Shown: positions 50,245 through 59,771 of the stretch, piece by piece
Layout: every line of letters starts with the position of its first letter
Numbering within the stretch: the stretch's first letter is position 1
Notes under the pieces: generated by a model
What the model was told of the DNA's origin: nothing
The model's input: the letters and a program-made list of their open reading frames with translations, nothing else
The model's database searches: none
Position numbers and translations under genes: made by a program
From: Candidatus Bathyarchaeota archaeon
GTDB taxonomy: Archaea; Thermoproteota; Bathyarchaeia; Bathyarchaeales; Bathycorpusculaceae
Direction of reading: 5' to 3'
Assembly (NCBI GenBank): GCA_963707955.1
Contig: OY970176.1
Location: 160,001 to 224,000, forward strand
Length of the DNA stretch: 64,000 nucleotides

Positions 50245-52947
50245 TTGAATTCTAAGCTTCCGGCCGAGCCAATTTTGGTCGGCAGGGACCAAGAAATCAA
50301 ACAGTTTACACAATACTTTGACTCTGCCATGAGGGGAAAAGGAGCCACCATATTCGCTTGTGGTGAGGCGGGAGTCGGAAAGACAAGACTGGTCAACGAA
50401 TTTCTGAACCAAGCAAAGAGAAAAGGAGCGAAAATTCTTCAGGGCTATTGCATGAGCGAGGTGGACATACCCTACTTTCCTTTTACGGAAGCATTTAACA
50501 CCTACATGTCAGCATTGAGCGATGAAAAGGCGAAATCCTCCGTGACAAAGCAGCTCGGAATTACAGGATGGCTGAGAGGGTCTGAAATCACACGTGAAGC
50601 GAAAGCAAGTGAACTCTTTTCAACTCCAGAAATAGAACGCGACAGAACGTTTGAGGCAGTGGCAAGAGTTCTCCTTCAGCTGTCCAATCAAGAACCATTA
50701 ATCCTGTTTCTGGATGACCTGCAGTGGGCAGACCACCTAAGCTTAGCTATACTTCACTACTTGGCAAGAAAGTGTAGAAACTCTCGGCTTCTCATCATCG
50801 GCACCTATAGACCAGAAGACCTTGTTCACACTAAAGAAGAGAAACTCCATCCACTAGAGGAAATCATGTTTTCAATGAGTCGAGAAGACCTGTTGGTTAA
50901 AATGGAGTTGAAATGCTTAAGGCGAAACGATTTCCCAGACTTTTTACGGTCAATCTTTCACTCTTCATTGGATGACGAATTCGTAGAAAAGCTGTATGAG
51001 GAAACTGAAGGCAACCCTTTTTTCGCGCTTGAAACGCTAAACCTCCTCGTAGAAGAAGGTTTCCTCTCAGAAAAAAAGGGTCGCTGGATGCTAATGGCTC
51101 CAACAGAAAAAATCGGAATACCTTCAAAGGTTCACGATGTCATCATTCGGAGAATCGCGAGACTCGAACGCGAAGAAAGAAAACTGTTGGACCTCGCCGC
51201 TGTCTGCGGTCATTCCTTCACTCCAGACACCCTAAGCAGAACCTTAGCCTTAGACATAGCCGATGTTCTGCAAGAACTGATGGAGATTGAACAGAGACAC
51301 CGACTAATACGCTCCACTGACACAACATTTGAATTCACACACCAAAAAATAAGAGAAGTCATATACTCAAACTTACCAGGCGAGTTAAGGAGAGTATACC
51401 ATCTCAAAACGGCAAATTGCCTCGAACAAGTCCTCACCGAAAAAACTTCAGACGGTTACATAGCTGAAATAGCCCTTCACTACGTCGAAGGAGGAGCTCC
51501 AGAGAAAGCGTTCGAATACCTTATCAAACTGGGCGAAAAGGCAGTGAACATCTCTGCCAACGCGCAGGCAATAGAACATCTGGAAAAGGCATTAGAAGCC
51601 ACACAGAAAAATATGAGCCTTGCCACAAACGAAAACCTTGCTAAAATCTACAAACTCAAAGGCAGAGCTTGGCTGAGTCATGGAGAAATGGCAAAAGCTA
51701 GCAACGATTTCAATTGGCTGCTACAAAATGCTACTTCCATCGGTGATGAATCAATGATTGCAGAAGCGCACTATTGGCTAGGTTGTGCTCTAACATGGCT
51801 AGGAAAAATAGATGAGGCTAAGCTACATCTTACAAGAGCATTAGAAATCGCGCGAAAGACGGGCAATAAACACGTAGAAGCCGGAAGTCTCCTTCACCTG
51901 GTCGAATCACTCTTTGTATACGCAGACACCATGGAAGAAGCTCACATGCAAATTGAAGAGTCGCTTAGAATATGTAGAGAGATAACTGACAGAGTCCTCG
52001 AAGCCGGGTGCCTCGCTTACCTCGGATTCTACTATGACTGGAAAGGCGAGTTCAATCGAGCCAAAGAAACCATCAATGAGGCGTTGGCGTTAGCTGAGAA
52101 AATGGACGACAATTACGGAAAAATGTGGGCATTATTGCTTTCGGGCATGGTTCACGCTGGTGAAGGGGAATACAATGATGCCATTTCGACCTTACAAAGA
52201 TGTCTCCAACTCTCCCGAGATTGGGGCATTGTTTTTTTCGTTCCGCGAGCCCTCAATGTCCTCGGTTGGATTTATCATGACTTAGAAAACATCGAATTTG
52301 CAACTAAATACAACAACGAAGGACTAAGAATTACCAGAACGCACCAAGAGAGTATGGGCTTATCCGGAGTGCAGCTAGCTTGTTTAGTAAATCTAGGAAT
52401 GGACTATCTACACAAGAACGATTATGGAAATGCAAAGAAGTACTTCCAAGAAGCAAACAGCGTGATTCATTTACATCCAATGGCTGAGTGGCGTTTCGAA
52501 ACTCGTATACTTCTAGGTCTCGGAGAAATATCACTCGCTGAGGGCGATTATTCACAAGCACTAAAATTCAGTGAAGACTCTTTAGCCATATCTGAAAAGG
52601 CAGGAGCCAAAAAATACATATCCAAAAGTTTGAAGTTAAAAGCTGAAACACTCGCAAAAATCGGCAACTCCGATGAAGCAATCGAACTGATGCAGAAAGC
52701 CTTAAAGGCGGCACAAGAGGTGGGCAACCCGCCCTTGCTTTGGCAAATACACTATAGCCTCGGTCTTTTACTTGAAAAAAGCGGAAGCTCACAGGCCAAT
52801 TACCACTATGCCGAAGCAATAACCCTCATAGAAGCAACAGCATCAAAAGTCAACGACCCATCCCTCAAAAACTCTCTCTTGAATGCCTCACTCACAAGTG
52901 CAATACGTGACGCTTATACCGAAACAAAACCGACTTCAGACACTTGA
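50245..52947 (+). CDS. STAND-like AAA ATPase with C-terminal TPR repeats
   Basis: LVGRDQE, GEAGVGKT, LFLDDLQWAD, GNPFF, FTHQKIRE, many TPRs. Confidence 0.88.
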   Translation: MNSKLPAEPILVGRDQEIKQFTQYFDSAMRGKGATIFACGEAGVGKTRLVNEFLNQAKRKGAKILQGYCMSEVDIPYFPFTEAFNTYMSALSDEKAKSSVTKQLGITGWLRGSEITREAKASELFSTPEIERDRTFEAVARVLLQLSNQEPLILFLDDLQWADHLSLAILHYLARKCRNSRLLIIGTYRPEDLVHTKEEKLHPLEEIMFSMSREDLLVKMELKCLRRNDFPDFLRSIFHSSLDDEFVEKLYEETEGNPFFALETLNLLVEEGFLSEKKGRWMLMAPTEKIGIPSKVHDVIIRRIARLEREERKLLDLAAVCGHSFTPDTLSRTLALDIADVLQELMEIEQRHRLIRSTDTTFEFTHQKIREVIYSNLPGELRRVYHLKTANCLEQVLTEKTSDGYIAEIALHYVEGGAPEKAFEYLIKLGEKAVNISANAQAIEHLEKALEATQKNMSLATNENLAKIYKLKGRAWLSHGEMAKASNDFNWLLQNATSIGDESMIAEAHYWLGCALTWLGKIDEAKLHLTRALEIARKTGNKHVEAGSLLHLVESLFVYADTMEEAHMQIEESLRICREITDRVLEAGCLAYLGFYYDWKGEFNRAKETINEALALAEKMDDNYGKMWALLLSGMVHAGEGEYNDAISTLQRCLQLSRDWGIVFFVPRALNVLGWIYHDLENIEFATKYNNEGLRITRTHQESMGLSGVQLACLVNLGMDYLHKNDYGNAKKYFQEANSVIHLHPMAEWRFETRILLGLGEISLAEGDYSQALKFSEDSLAISEKAGAKKYISKSLKLKAETLAKIGNSDEAIELMQKALKAAQEVGNPPLLWQIHYSLGLLLEKSGSSQANYHYAEAITLIEATASKVNDPSLKNSLLNASLTSAIRDAYTETKPTSDT

Positions 52948-52973
52948 GGAAAAGCGACCCCAAATCTGCAGGG

Positions 52974-53000
52974 TGGTGCGGGGGATGGGATTTGAACCCA
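52974..53000 (-). pseudogene. Orphan tRNA 3' fragment, probably tRNA-Leu (att/target relic)
   Basis: Minus strand TGGGTTCAAATCCCATCCCCCGCACCA = T arm, acceptor 3' strand and ACCA; no 5' half adjacent. Confidence 0.8.
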
Positions 53001-53005
53001 GCACA

Positions 53006-53024
53006 AGTGGAGATATCTCCCGAA
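53006..53024 (+). repeat. 19-bp repeat, copy B: AGTGGAGATATCTCCCGAA
   Basis: Contains the perfect palindrome GGAGATATCTCC; 18/19 identical to 46405-46423. Confidence 0.75.
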
Positions 53025-53136
53025 ATGTCGCTTTTGACTCGACATTTTAGACATCTCCGATATACCATGAGCGACAAGACCAATATAAGGAATATGTCGA
53101 AAGCGTAGAACAATAAAACTGTAGCTAGTCCATGCT

Positions 53137-53682
53137 TCATGTGGTTCTTGTCAGTATCTTTGGTTCTTTCCATTCTTCTCTGAGGATGCTGTAGAGGTAG
53201 CTGTCTCTCCTCACTCCATTTACAGATTTTCTTATCGTTCCTTCCCTCGTAAAGCCAACTTTCTCTAGCACTCTTTGCGAACCTGTATTCTTTATAGAGG
53301 TTGATGCTTGTATTCTGCTTACATCCATGGAAAGGAACAGATAATCCACCATTAGTTGAGCTGCTTCAGTGCCGTAGCCCTTACCTCTTTCGCTTTGAAC
53401 CACCATGTAACCTATTTCCAACAGTTTCGCTCCACCTATATACGAATTGTAGTAGGTTACATTCCCGATTCTAGTTCCATCTTTCTTCTCAACTATGAAC
53501 CCTCTTAATCCATCAGGATTGCTGCGGTTTCTTTCAAACATCTTCTCCATATCTGTTCTTGAATCCTGTGTAGGGAAGGGCAAATACTCCCCTGTGAATT
53601 TTGGATCGTTCCACCATTCCGTAAGCAGTGGCAAGTCCTCTTTCTCCGTGACTCTGAGATTCACTTTCTTGCCTTCAAGCAA
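53137..53682 (-). CDS. RimJ/RimL-type GNAT, paralog of 49491-50036
   Basis: Shared VNLRV.EKEDLPL and YLYSILREEWKEPKILT. Confidence 0.9.
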   Translation of the reverse strand: MLEGKKVNLRVTEKEDLPLLTEWWNDPKFTGEYLPFPTQDSRTDMEKMFERNRSNPDGLRGFIVEKKDGTRIGNVTYYNSYIGGAKLLEIGYMVVQSERGKGYGTEAAQLMVDYLFLSMDVSRIQASTSIKNTGSQRVLEKVGFTREGTIRKSVNGVRRDSYLYSILREEWKEPKILTRTT

Positions 53683-53728
53683 CTTAACTCACCAACCCGC
53701 ACAGTTACTAGGGGTTCACCTATAACTC

Positions 53729-54100
53729 TTAATGTTTGAATAGGTATTCCATCAATATTTCATCGGTGTACGTTCCGTCTGAGAACTTGATGCCTCTTGT
53801 CAGCTTCCCAGCCTGTTTGAAACCACATTTCTCATAGACGTGAAAGGCTCTCTTGTTGCTTGCGTAGACTGAGAGCTGGAGAACTTCAACTCCATGCTGA
53901 TTGGCAATCTCGACAAACTCTTTCGTCAATAGCGTTCCAAGTCCCAGATTACGAAAGTTCTTGCTGATGAATATGCCGTAATGGGCAACGTGCGCATGGT
54001 TAGACCTCTGACCCTCAGGGTGCATTTCAACGTTGGCGCTCCCCACAACTTTGCCGTCAACTCTTGCGATCAGGAAAAAGTCCTGTTTTAGTATTCCTGT
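53729..54100 (-). pseudogene. 5'-truncated GNAT acetyltransferase
   Basis: FLIARVDGKVVG...FRNLGLG...NKRAFHVYEKCGF; upstream frame is closed. Confidence 0.7.
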
Positions 54101-54356
54101 TTTAGCCGTCTGTTCAAACCACGCGAGTTGATCTTTCGAGGTATACGGCTCGCGCGCGCGGATTTTATAGGGTCTTGGGATAAATAAGGATCAATGGGGA
54201 TTTTCTAGGGGAGAAGAATAAAGGGAGAAAGAAGGGATCATTTCTTCTTGTGCTCAAACTCCCAGCCTCAGGCGCGCACACACACACGCACAAGGAGTGA
54301 GTGTGAGAATGAAGAAAGAAAAAGCCAACGCGCTAGCCAATTTTCCGCAAAACCGG

Positions 54357-57300
54357 TCATCTTTCTCCTTTGAGCCAGCCTTTGATTCCCAATTCCTTGA
54401 CCGTTATGCTAACGGGTTCGGGCTCATAAAATCTGTATTTGCCGTTTTCATCGAGATAGGATATTCTCGGTTTTAGCTGGAAAACACCTTGATTCTTCGG
54501 TTTGAGAGTGATCTTTATCTCTTCTGGTTTCAGTGCATCAAGCCGTTTTCCCTTCATGTTCAGGTAGCTGTCTTCTACACGGTAGGTTTCGGGTTTGTCT
54601 ATCAGTTCGAAGCCTTCAGGGATGATTTCTGCGAGTTTGATCAGAACTGCCGGTCTTCTTCCAGCGTTAACGAGTTCTATTTCTATTTTGAGGTCTTCGC
54701 CGATTTTCAGTTCTCTTTGGCGAACTATCAAGTTTGCTTGGATATCGGCACTTTCGAATCTTGCTGACCCAACCGCTGATTCGCCAGTTGGGGCAGGAGC
54801 GGCAAATGATGTGGTTGTCGAAACGATCGATGGTGTGTGCAACACTTCTGCAATGGACATAGCTAATTCTCTTTCTTCTCTCACCTTTTCTAGCAGTCTT
54901 AACACCTGTTCCCTTTTCTCCGGATGTTCCGCCTTCATGAATGAGCCAGCCGATGTTTGCAGAACTTTTTCAGCAATGGCGTATAGTCTGGTCTTGTTCT
55001 CAGGATCCTTCTCTTCTTTGGCGTTATTCATGTGCACGTAAGCGTCAAAGAGCAGTCCTGTAGCTTTAGCATATTCTGAGGCGCTTTGGAAGCCAGCTTT
55101 CACATAGTATTTGGCAGCACTTTCTAGGTGCTGTATGGCAACCTTGTGCAATGGTTCGTCTCCTGTGTCGGCGAATTTTGCTCCCTCCTCCAATGCCTTG
55201 CAGAAGCGACTATGTCCCAACGCCAAGAGGCCCGTTGCTTCCGTGTTACTCTCTTTGCTCACCTGTTCAAAGAGCATGGACGCCTCCAAGTACAGTTCTG
55301 GTGAAGCTTTGGCATCAGCCAACATCATTTTTTGCCAAGCCTTGGAAAGTGCTATGATTAGCTTGAATTCTCTGCGTTCTTGTTCGGAATCTAACGCTTG
55401 ACTTATCTTTTCGAAAGTCTCAGCTGCCACACCGTATTTTTCTGAGCTGGAATAATGGTCGCCTTTCTTGTCGAGGATTTTTGCTTCTTCAATCATGATT
55501 CTGGCCTCGCAGTATTCGCGCCGAATGTCCGTTGCTTTGAGCATGTTTTTTGCCATCTGTTTCTCGTCTTGGTCTTCAATTTTGTTGACCTGTGCTTGAA
55601 GCGATATTTTGCTTTCTTCGAAGAGACTAGCCGCTTGTTCGAAGGCCTTGATAGAATCATCGCCCTGTTCCTTTCGGCTCAGTTCTTCCGCGTTCTCGAC
55701 TTGAGCCCATGCAAAATAGTTGGGCTCAAGATAATTCCACTGTTTCAGTGACTTATGCAGTTCTGCGGCTTTCTCGAAGTGTTCCTTTGCCAAGCCATAT
55801 TCCTGTCTCTCATGGTGATGGCGTGCCTTCTCAATCTCAGGCCAGGCCAACATGTAAGACGCATGATCCTGGTAGAGGCTCTTGAGCTGCGGAATCTTTT
55901 CCACCGCATCCTTGAAATTGTTCGAGGCAAGCCCAAAGGTTTCAGCAGCTTCCAAATGCTCACCCAAAACGTCGAAGGTTGTAGCAGCTTTCCAATAGCA
56001 CTCCGCAACCCGACTTCTTAAATTGATTTTCTCATACGATTCGACCGCTTCACCGAAAGCTTTCACCGCTCTACTCAAACACTCCCTGTCATTCGTAATC
56101 TCGTAAAGACGACCAAGCCACACGCCTACGTCATATTGGCCTAAACCTAAGATAAAGTGCATCGCGGGCGCGTTCGTCAAGGATGCGTCCATGGTCATTA
56201 ACCTCAACGCGTTTTCGTAGTCAAGTACTGCTTCTTGGACTATTTTCTTTTCTTCTGGATTGTCCTTTGCCAACTCTGCAAGTCTATACCTGATCCCAGC
56301 CAGCGTACTTTGCATGATACCGCGACTCCAGTAGCCGAAGGGGTGGATTTGTTCCGTCATTCTGACGGTTTCTTCCCTGTGTTTCATTGCCTCCTGCAGA
56401 CTTGCCTTTTTCTCCTGTGTCCTCTTCTCAAGATCAGCCATGAACGCTAACGCCATGCTGGAATTGTGATGCTCGAGAATTATGGCTTCGATGTATCCTG
56501 AAGACTCTGCTCGTTTCAGTCCCTCTTTATTAGCTGCGATTGCCTTTTCAAGCAAGGCTTGCTTTTTCATCACATCTGTTTCCCAATACGCCAACCAAAG
56601 GAGATGCTCGGCGTCAACGTCCTCGACCCACAACGCACCCGCCCGCGGACTGACGAAGGAGATTGGGAAATAATGTCGCTTCGCATCTTCAGCGTACTGC
56701 AAGGCTTTCTCATTAAGGGCCAGTCTTTCATCAGGGGCTTCGATTGTCCATGTCTTCCAGAGAGTATGGAATGCTAACCAATCTAGCGCACAGCCAATAT
56801 TGAATTTGTCCTTTGTTTTCCTGCCATACTCCAGGGCTTCTCCAAGTTTCTTTAGAGCTTCATCGGTACCCACCCCGCCCAATAAGACATCTTGAGCCCC
56901 AAAAATAGGCCAAGTCACCTCACTCAAGGCCACATTTTCACATGTCTCCTTGGCCCTCGCCCAGTAGTCACGAACTTTCTGATATCCTGTTTCCTTCTCA
57001 TCAGCGTCCAAGAAATTGTCCTCGAACACTCCCAGATAGAAGGCTCTTCTTGCATATGCCCTCCCAAGTTCAATGGGATCTTCAGTTGGAGAAAGAAACT
57101 CTATCGTTTGCTCTCCATGTTCCACCGCTTCTCTAATCAATTTCTCTCGGGCTTGAAAATCCCAATCAAGACAGAAGGCAAAAACAACACTGCCAGAAAG
57201 CTGGTTGTACGTTCTCCCATATTCCCACCCTTCACTGGTTTCCTTGAAAGCGGCTAACGCTTCCTTTGTCAATCTCCAGCACTCGTCAATCATCTTCTTC

Positions 57301-57641
57301 TTTTCTTTTGCCTCCGGGGCAAGCCAATAGCCTATGCAAGCAATCACGGCATTACAACGCGATGTCCTCGCCGTCTTCACGGGCCCATTCAGTTTTCCAT
57401 AGAACTCGCCAGCCTTCTCATAGGCAACAGTAGATTGACGCAGCCTTTCTCTAAACTCGTCCTTACTTTCAGCCTGAAACGCAAAATGGTAGAATGCATA
57501 TCCCACCCTCTCATTAATCTCTCCCTTCTTCGAGAAATCATCTTGGGACAGCAGATTCAGCGCTTTCTCATATAATTCGGCGGCTCCAGACCAATCATAT
57601 TCCTTCTCCAACTGTTCTGCCTGATGCAGAATCTCCTCCAC
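54357..57641 (-). CDS. Large TPR/alpha-solenoid protein with C-terminal Ig-like domain
   Basis: About 950 helical residues, then IELVNAG...IIPEGFEL...YLDENGK. Confidence 0.82.
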   Translation of the reverse strand: MEEILHQAEQLEKEYDWSGAAELYEKALNLLSQDDFSKKGEINERVGYAFYHFAFQAESKDEFRERLRQSTVAYEKAGEFYGKLNGPVKTARTSRCNAVIACIGYWLAPEAKEKKKMIDECWRLTKEALAAFKETSEGWEYGRTYNQLSGSVVFAFCLDWDFQAREKLIREAVEHGEQTIEFLSPTEDPIELGRAYARRAFYLGVFEDNFLDADEKETGYQKVRDYWARAKETCENVALSEVTWPIFGAQDVLLGGVGTDEALKKLGEALEYGRKTKDKFNIGCALDWLAFHTLWKTWTIEAPDERLALNEKALQYAEDAKRHYFPISFVSPRAGALWVEDVDAEHLLWLAYWETDVMKKQALLEKAIAANKEGLKRAESSGYIEAIILEHHNSSMALAFMADLEKRTQEKKASLQEAMKHREETVRMTEQIHPFGYWSRGIMQSTLAGIRYRLAELAKDNPEEKKIVQEAVLDYENALRLMTMDASLTNAPAMHFILGLGQYDVGVWLGRLYEITNDRECLSRAVKAFGEAVESYEKINLRSRVAECYWKAATTFDVLGEHLEAAETFGLASNNFKDAVEKIPQLKSLYQDHASYMLAWPEIEKARHHHERQEYGLAKEHFEKAAELHKSLKQWNYLEPNYFAWAQVENAEELSRKEQGDDSIKAFEQAASLFEESKISLQAQVNKIEDQDEKQMAKNMLKATDIRREYCEARIMIEEAKILDKKGDHYSSSEKYGVAAETFEKISQALDSEQERREFKLIIALSKAWQKMMLADAKASPELYLEASMLFEQVSKESNTEATGLLALGHSRFCKALEEGAKFADTGDEPLHKVAIQHLESAAKYYVKAGFQSASEYAKATGLLFDAYVHMNNAKEEKDPENKTRLYAIAEKVLQTSAGSFMKAEHPEKREQVLRLLEKVREERELAMSIAEVLHTPSIVSTTTSFAAPAPTGESAVGSARFESADIQANLIVRQRELKIGEDLKIEIELVNAGRRPAVLIKLAEIIPEGFELIDKPETYRVEDSYLNMKGKRLDALKPEEIKITLKPKNQGVFQLKPRISYLDENGKYRFYEPEPVSITVKELGIKGWLKGER

Positions 57642-57955
57642 ACTTAACGCCCCTGATAACAGTAAACCATTAGAAGGTTAATAACAAGCATCTGAAAAGT
57701 CTTTTCATGAACGAAGCACTCGATTAATACGGGCTGATTTTCAGTTTTGCGGATGGTTTTGCAACGCAGTTTAAGAGCGGGCGCTGGTTGAAGACTGCGC
57801 AATTTTCAATTTGGTCAATGGACAAATCCAGAGTAGCCTACTAGCAGAATATAGGCTGGAGAACTGCACAGGTTCGGGATACTTTTCGCTTATTGGGCGC
57901 GTGCTACGCTTTGCTGGAAAACCTTTTATCAAAAACCGTTGCATTTGTCTAAGAG

Positions 57956-58831
57956 GTGGAGAACTTGACTGAAATCAAGAAAATCGCAGTTCTTGGTGCG
58001 GGTTTGATGGGGCATGGGATAGCGCAAGTGGCGGCTCAAGTCGGCAAGTATGAAGTGAATCTTCGAGATGTTGAACAGCGTTTCGTCGATAGCGGTGTGG
58101 GCATGATAAGGGAGAGCCTGCAGCGGTTCGTGAAGAAGGGCCAGCTCACTGAAGCGGACATGAGTGCGACGTTGGCAAGGATTCATCCAACGCTCGACTT
58201 GAAAGGGGCTGTTGCCAACGCAGACTTGATAATTGAAGCGGTTCCCGAGAACTTGGAGTTGAAGAAGGCAACGTTTCGCGAAGTGGACAGTTACGCTCCG
58301 AGCCACGCGATAATCGCTTCGAACACCTCCTCTGTCAGCATCACAGAGATGGCCTCAGCGACCAAACGTCCAGAAATGGTCTGTGGGATGCATTTCTTCA
58401 ACCCGCCGCAGCTCATGAAGCTCATTGAGGTGATCAGAGGTGCCAAAACTTCAGACGCGACCATCGAGACGATCTTGGCTGTTGCCCACAAGATGGAGAA
58501 GGAAACGGTGCTCGTGAAGAAGGACAGCCCAGGCTTCATAGTAAACAGGATACTCATCCCTGCGCTGAACGAAGCAGTAGCCCTCTGCTGGGAAGGAGTT
58601 GCGGACAGGGACGACATCGACAAGGCCGTAAAGCTTGGACTAAACTGGCCCATGGGCCCTCTCATGCTGTTGGATTACATAGGTTCAGACACGACGCTTG
58701 CTATTGCCGAGGTGCTCACGAAAGAACTGGATCCGAAGTTCCACCCAACCACGGGACTGAAGCAGATGGCTAAAGCCCAGCTTCTGGGCAGAAAGACGGG
58801 CAAGGGCTTTTACGACTGGACCCAAAAGTAG
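57956..58831 (+). CDS. hbd: 3-hydroxyacyl(butyryl)-CoA dehydrogenase
   Basis: GAGLMGHG, EAVPE, SNTSS, GMHFFNP, PGFIVNR, PMGP. Confidence 0.93.
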   Translation: MENLTEIKKIAVLGAGLMGHGIAQVAAQVGKYEVNLRDVEQRFVDSGVGMIRESLQRFVKKGQLTEADMSATLARIHPTLDLKGAVANADLIIEAVPENLELKKATFREVDSYAPSHAIIASNTSSVSITEMASATKRPEMVCGMHFFNPPQLMKLIEVIRGAKTSDATIETILAVAHKMEKETVLVKKDSPGFIVNRILIPALNEAVALCWEGVADRDDIDKAVKLGLNWPMGPLMLLDYIGSDTTLAIAEVLTKELDPKFHPTTGLKQMAKAQLLGRKTGKGFYDWTQK

Positions 58832-58849
58832 ACGCGGGAGTTATGACGG

Positions 58850-59632
58850 ATGGAATTCAAGTCTATAATCTATGAAAAGAGCGAGGGTGTAGCCACAATC
58901 ACTTTGAATCGGCCTGAGGCGTTGAACGTCTTCAGCAAGGAAGTGGTGGAAGAAATACTTCGGGCACTGGAAGACGTTAAGAATGATGAAAACGTGCGCG
59001 TTGTTGTCCTGACCGGAGCAGGCGAAAAAGCGTTCTCGGCCGGCGCTGACATAAAAGCCATGGCGGGAATGACTGCCTTGAAGGGCAGAGAGCTCTCACT
59101 CATGGGCGAAAACCTGTGCCTAGCCTTGGAAAACCTGGAGAAACCAGTCGTTGCAGCGATCAACGGTTACGCTTTGGGCGGAGGCTTGGAAGTTGCCATG
59201 GCGTGCGACCTCCGCATAGCCTCTGAAAACGCTCGCATGGGACAAACAGAAGTAAACTTCGGCTTAATTCCAGGCTGGGGTGGAACTCAGCGCCTCACAC
59301 GTCTGGTGGGCATGACGAAGGCTAAAGAGCTTGTTTTCACTGGAAAGATGCTTGACGCGAGAACCGCAGAGCAGTTGGGATTAATAAACATGGTAACCCC
59401 TGTAGACAAGTTCAGGGAAACCGTTCGACAGTTTGCCCTCGAGCTAGCATCCAAGCCTCCGGTTGCGCTTAGAGTGGCAAAGGCCTTGATCAACAAGGGC
59501 GCAAACATAAGCCTCGATTCGGCCCTAGCGCTAGAGCGAGAAGGCTTCGGCGTCGTTGCCTCATCGGAAGACTTGAAGGAAGGCGTCTCAGCGTTTGCAG
59601 AGAAAAGAAAGCCTGTCTTCAAGGGCAAATGA
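58850..59632 (+). CDS. crt: Enoyl-CoA hydratase (crotonase)
   Basis: AFSAGADI, ALGGGLE, QTEVNFGLIPGWGGTQRL. Confidence 0.92.
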   Translation: MEFKSIIYEKSEGVATITLNRPEALNVFSKEVVEEILRALEDVKNDENVRVVVLTGAGEKAFSAGADIKAMAGMTALKGRELSLMGENLCLALENLEKPVVAAINGYALGGGLEVAMACDLRIASENARMGQTEVNFGLIPGWGGTQRLTRLVGMTKAKELVFTGKMLDARTAEQLGLINMVTPVDKFRETVRQFALELASKPPVALRVAKALINKGANISLDSALALEREGFGVVASSEDLKEGVSAFAEKRKPVFKGK

Positions 59633-59771
59633 TTTCCCTCTTCAGTTCTTTCCTCCTCGAAAGACCTTTTTTGAAGCCAAGTTCTTGAGATTTTACTCAA
59701 AAATGATATATGAATGTGTACTGAAACCTAGCAAAATGGTTACTTGCTAGTGAACAGTTGAGTGATGACCC

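Larger units (their letters stand above)
46091..57770. mobile_element. Genomic island / insertion hotspot
   Basis: Cas1-like relic, tRNA fragment, recurring intergenic sites, paralogous GNATs and a truncated gene, flanked by housekeeping genes. Confidence 0.6.

Noticed and set aside
46000-57800. CRISPR array near the Cas1-like relic
   Set aside because: Repeats are degenerate and 0.6-3.6 kb apart; no regular repeat-spacer periodicity seen anywhere in the window.
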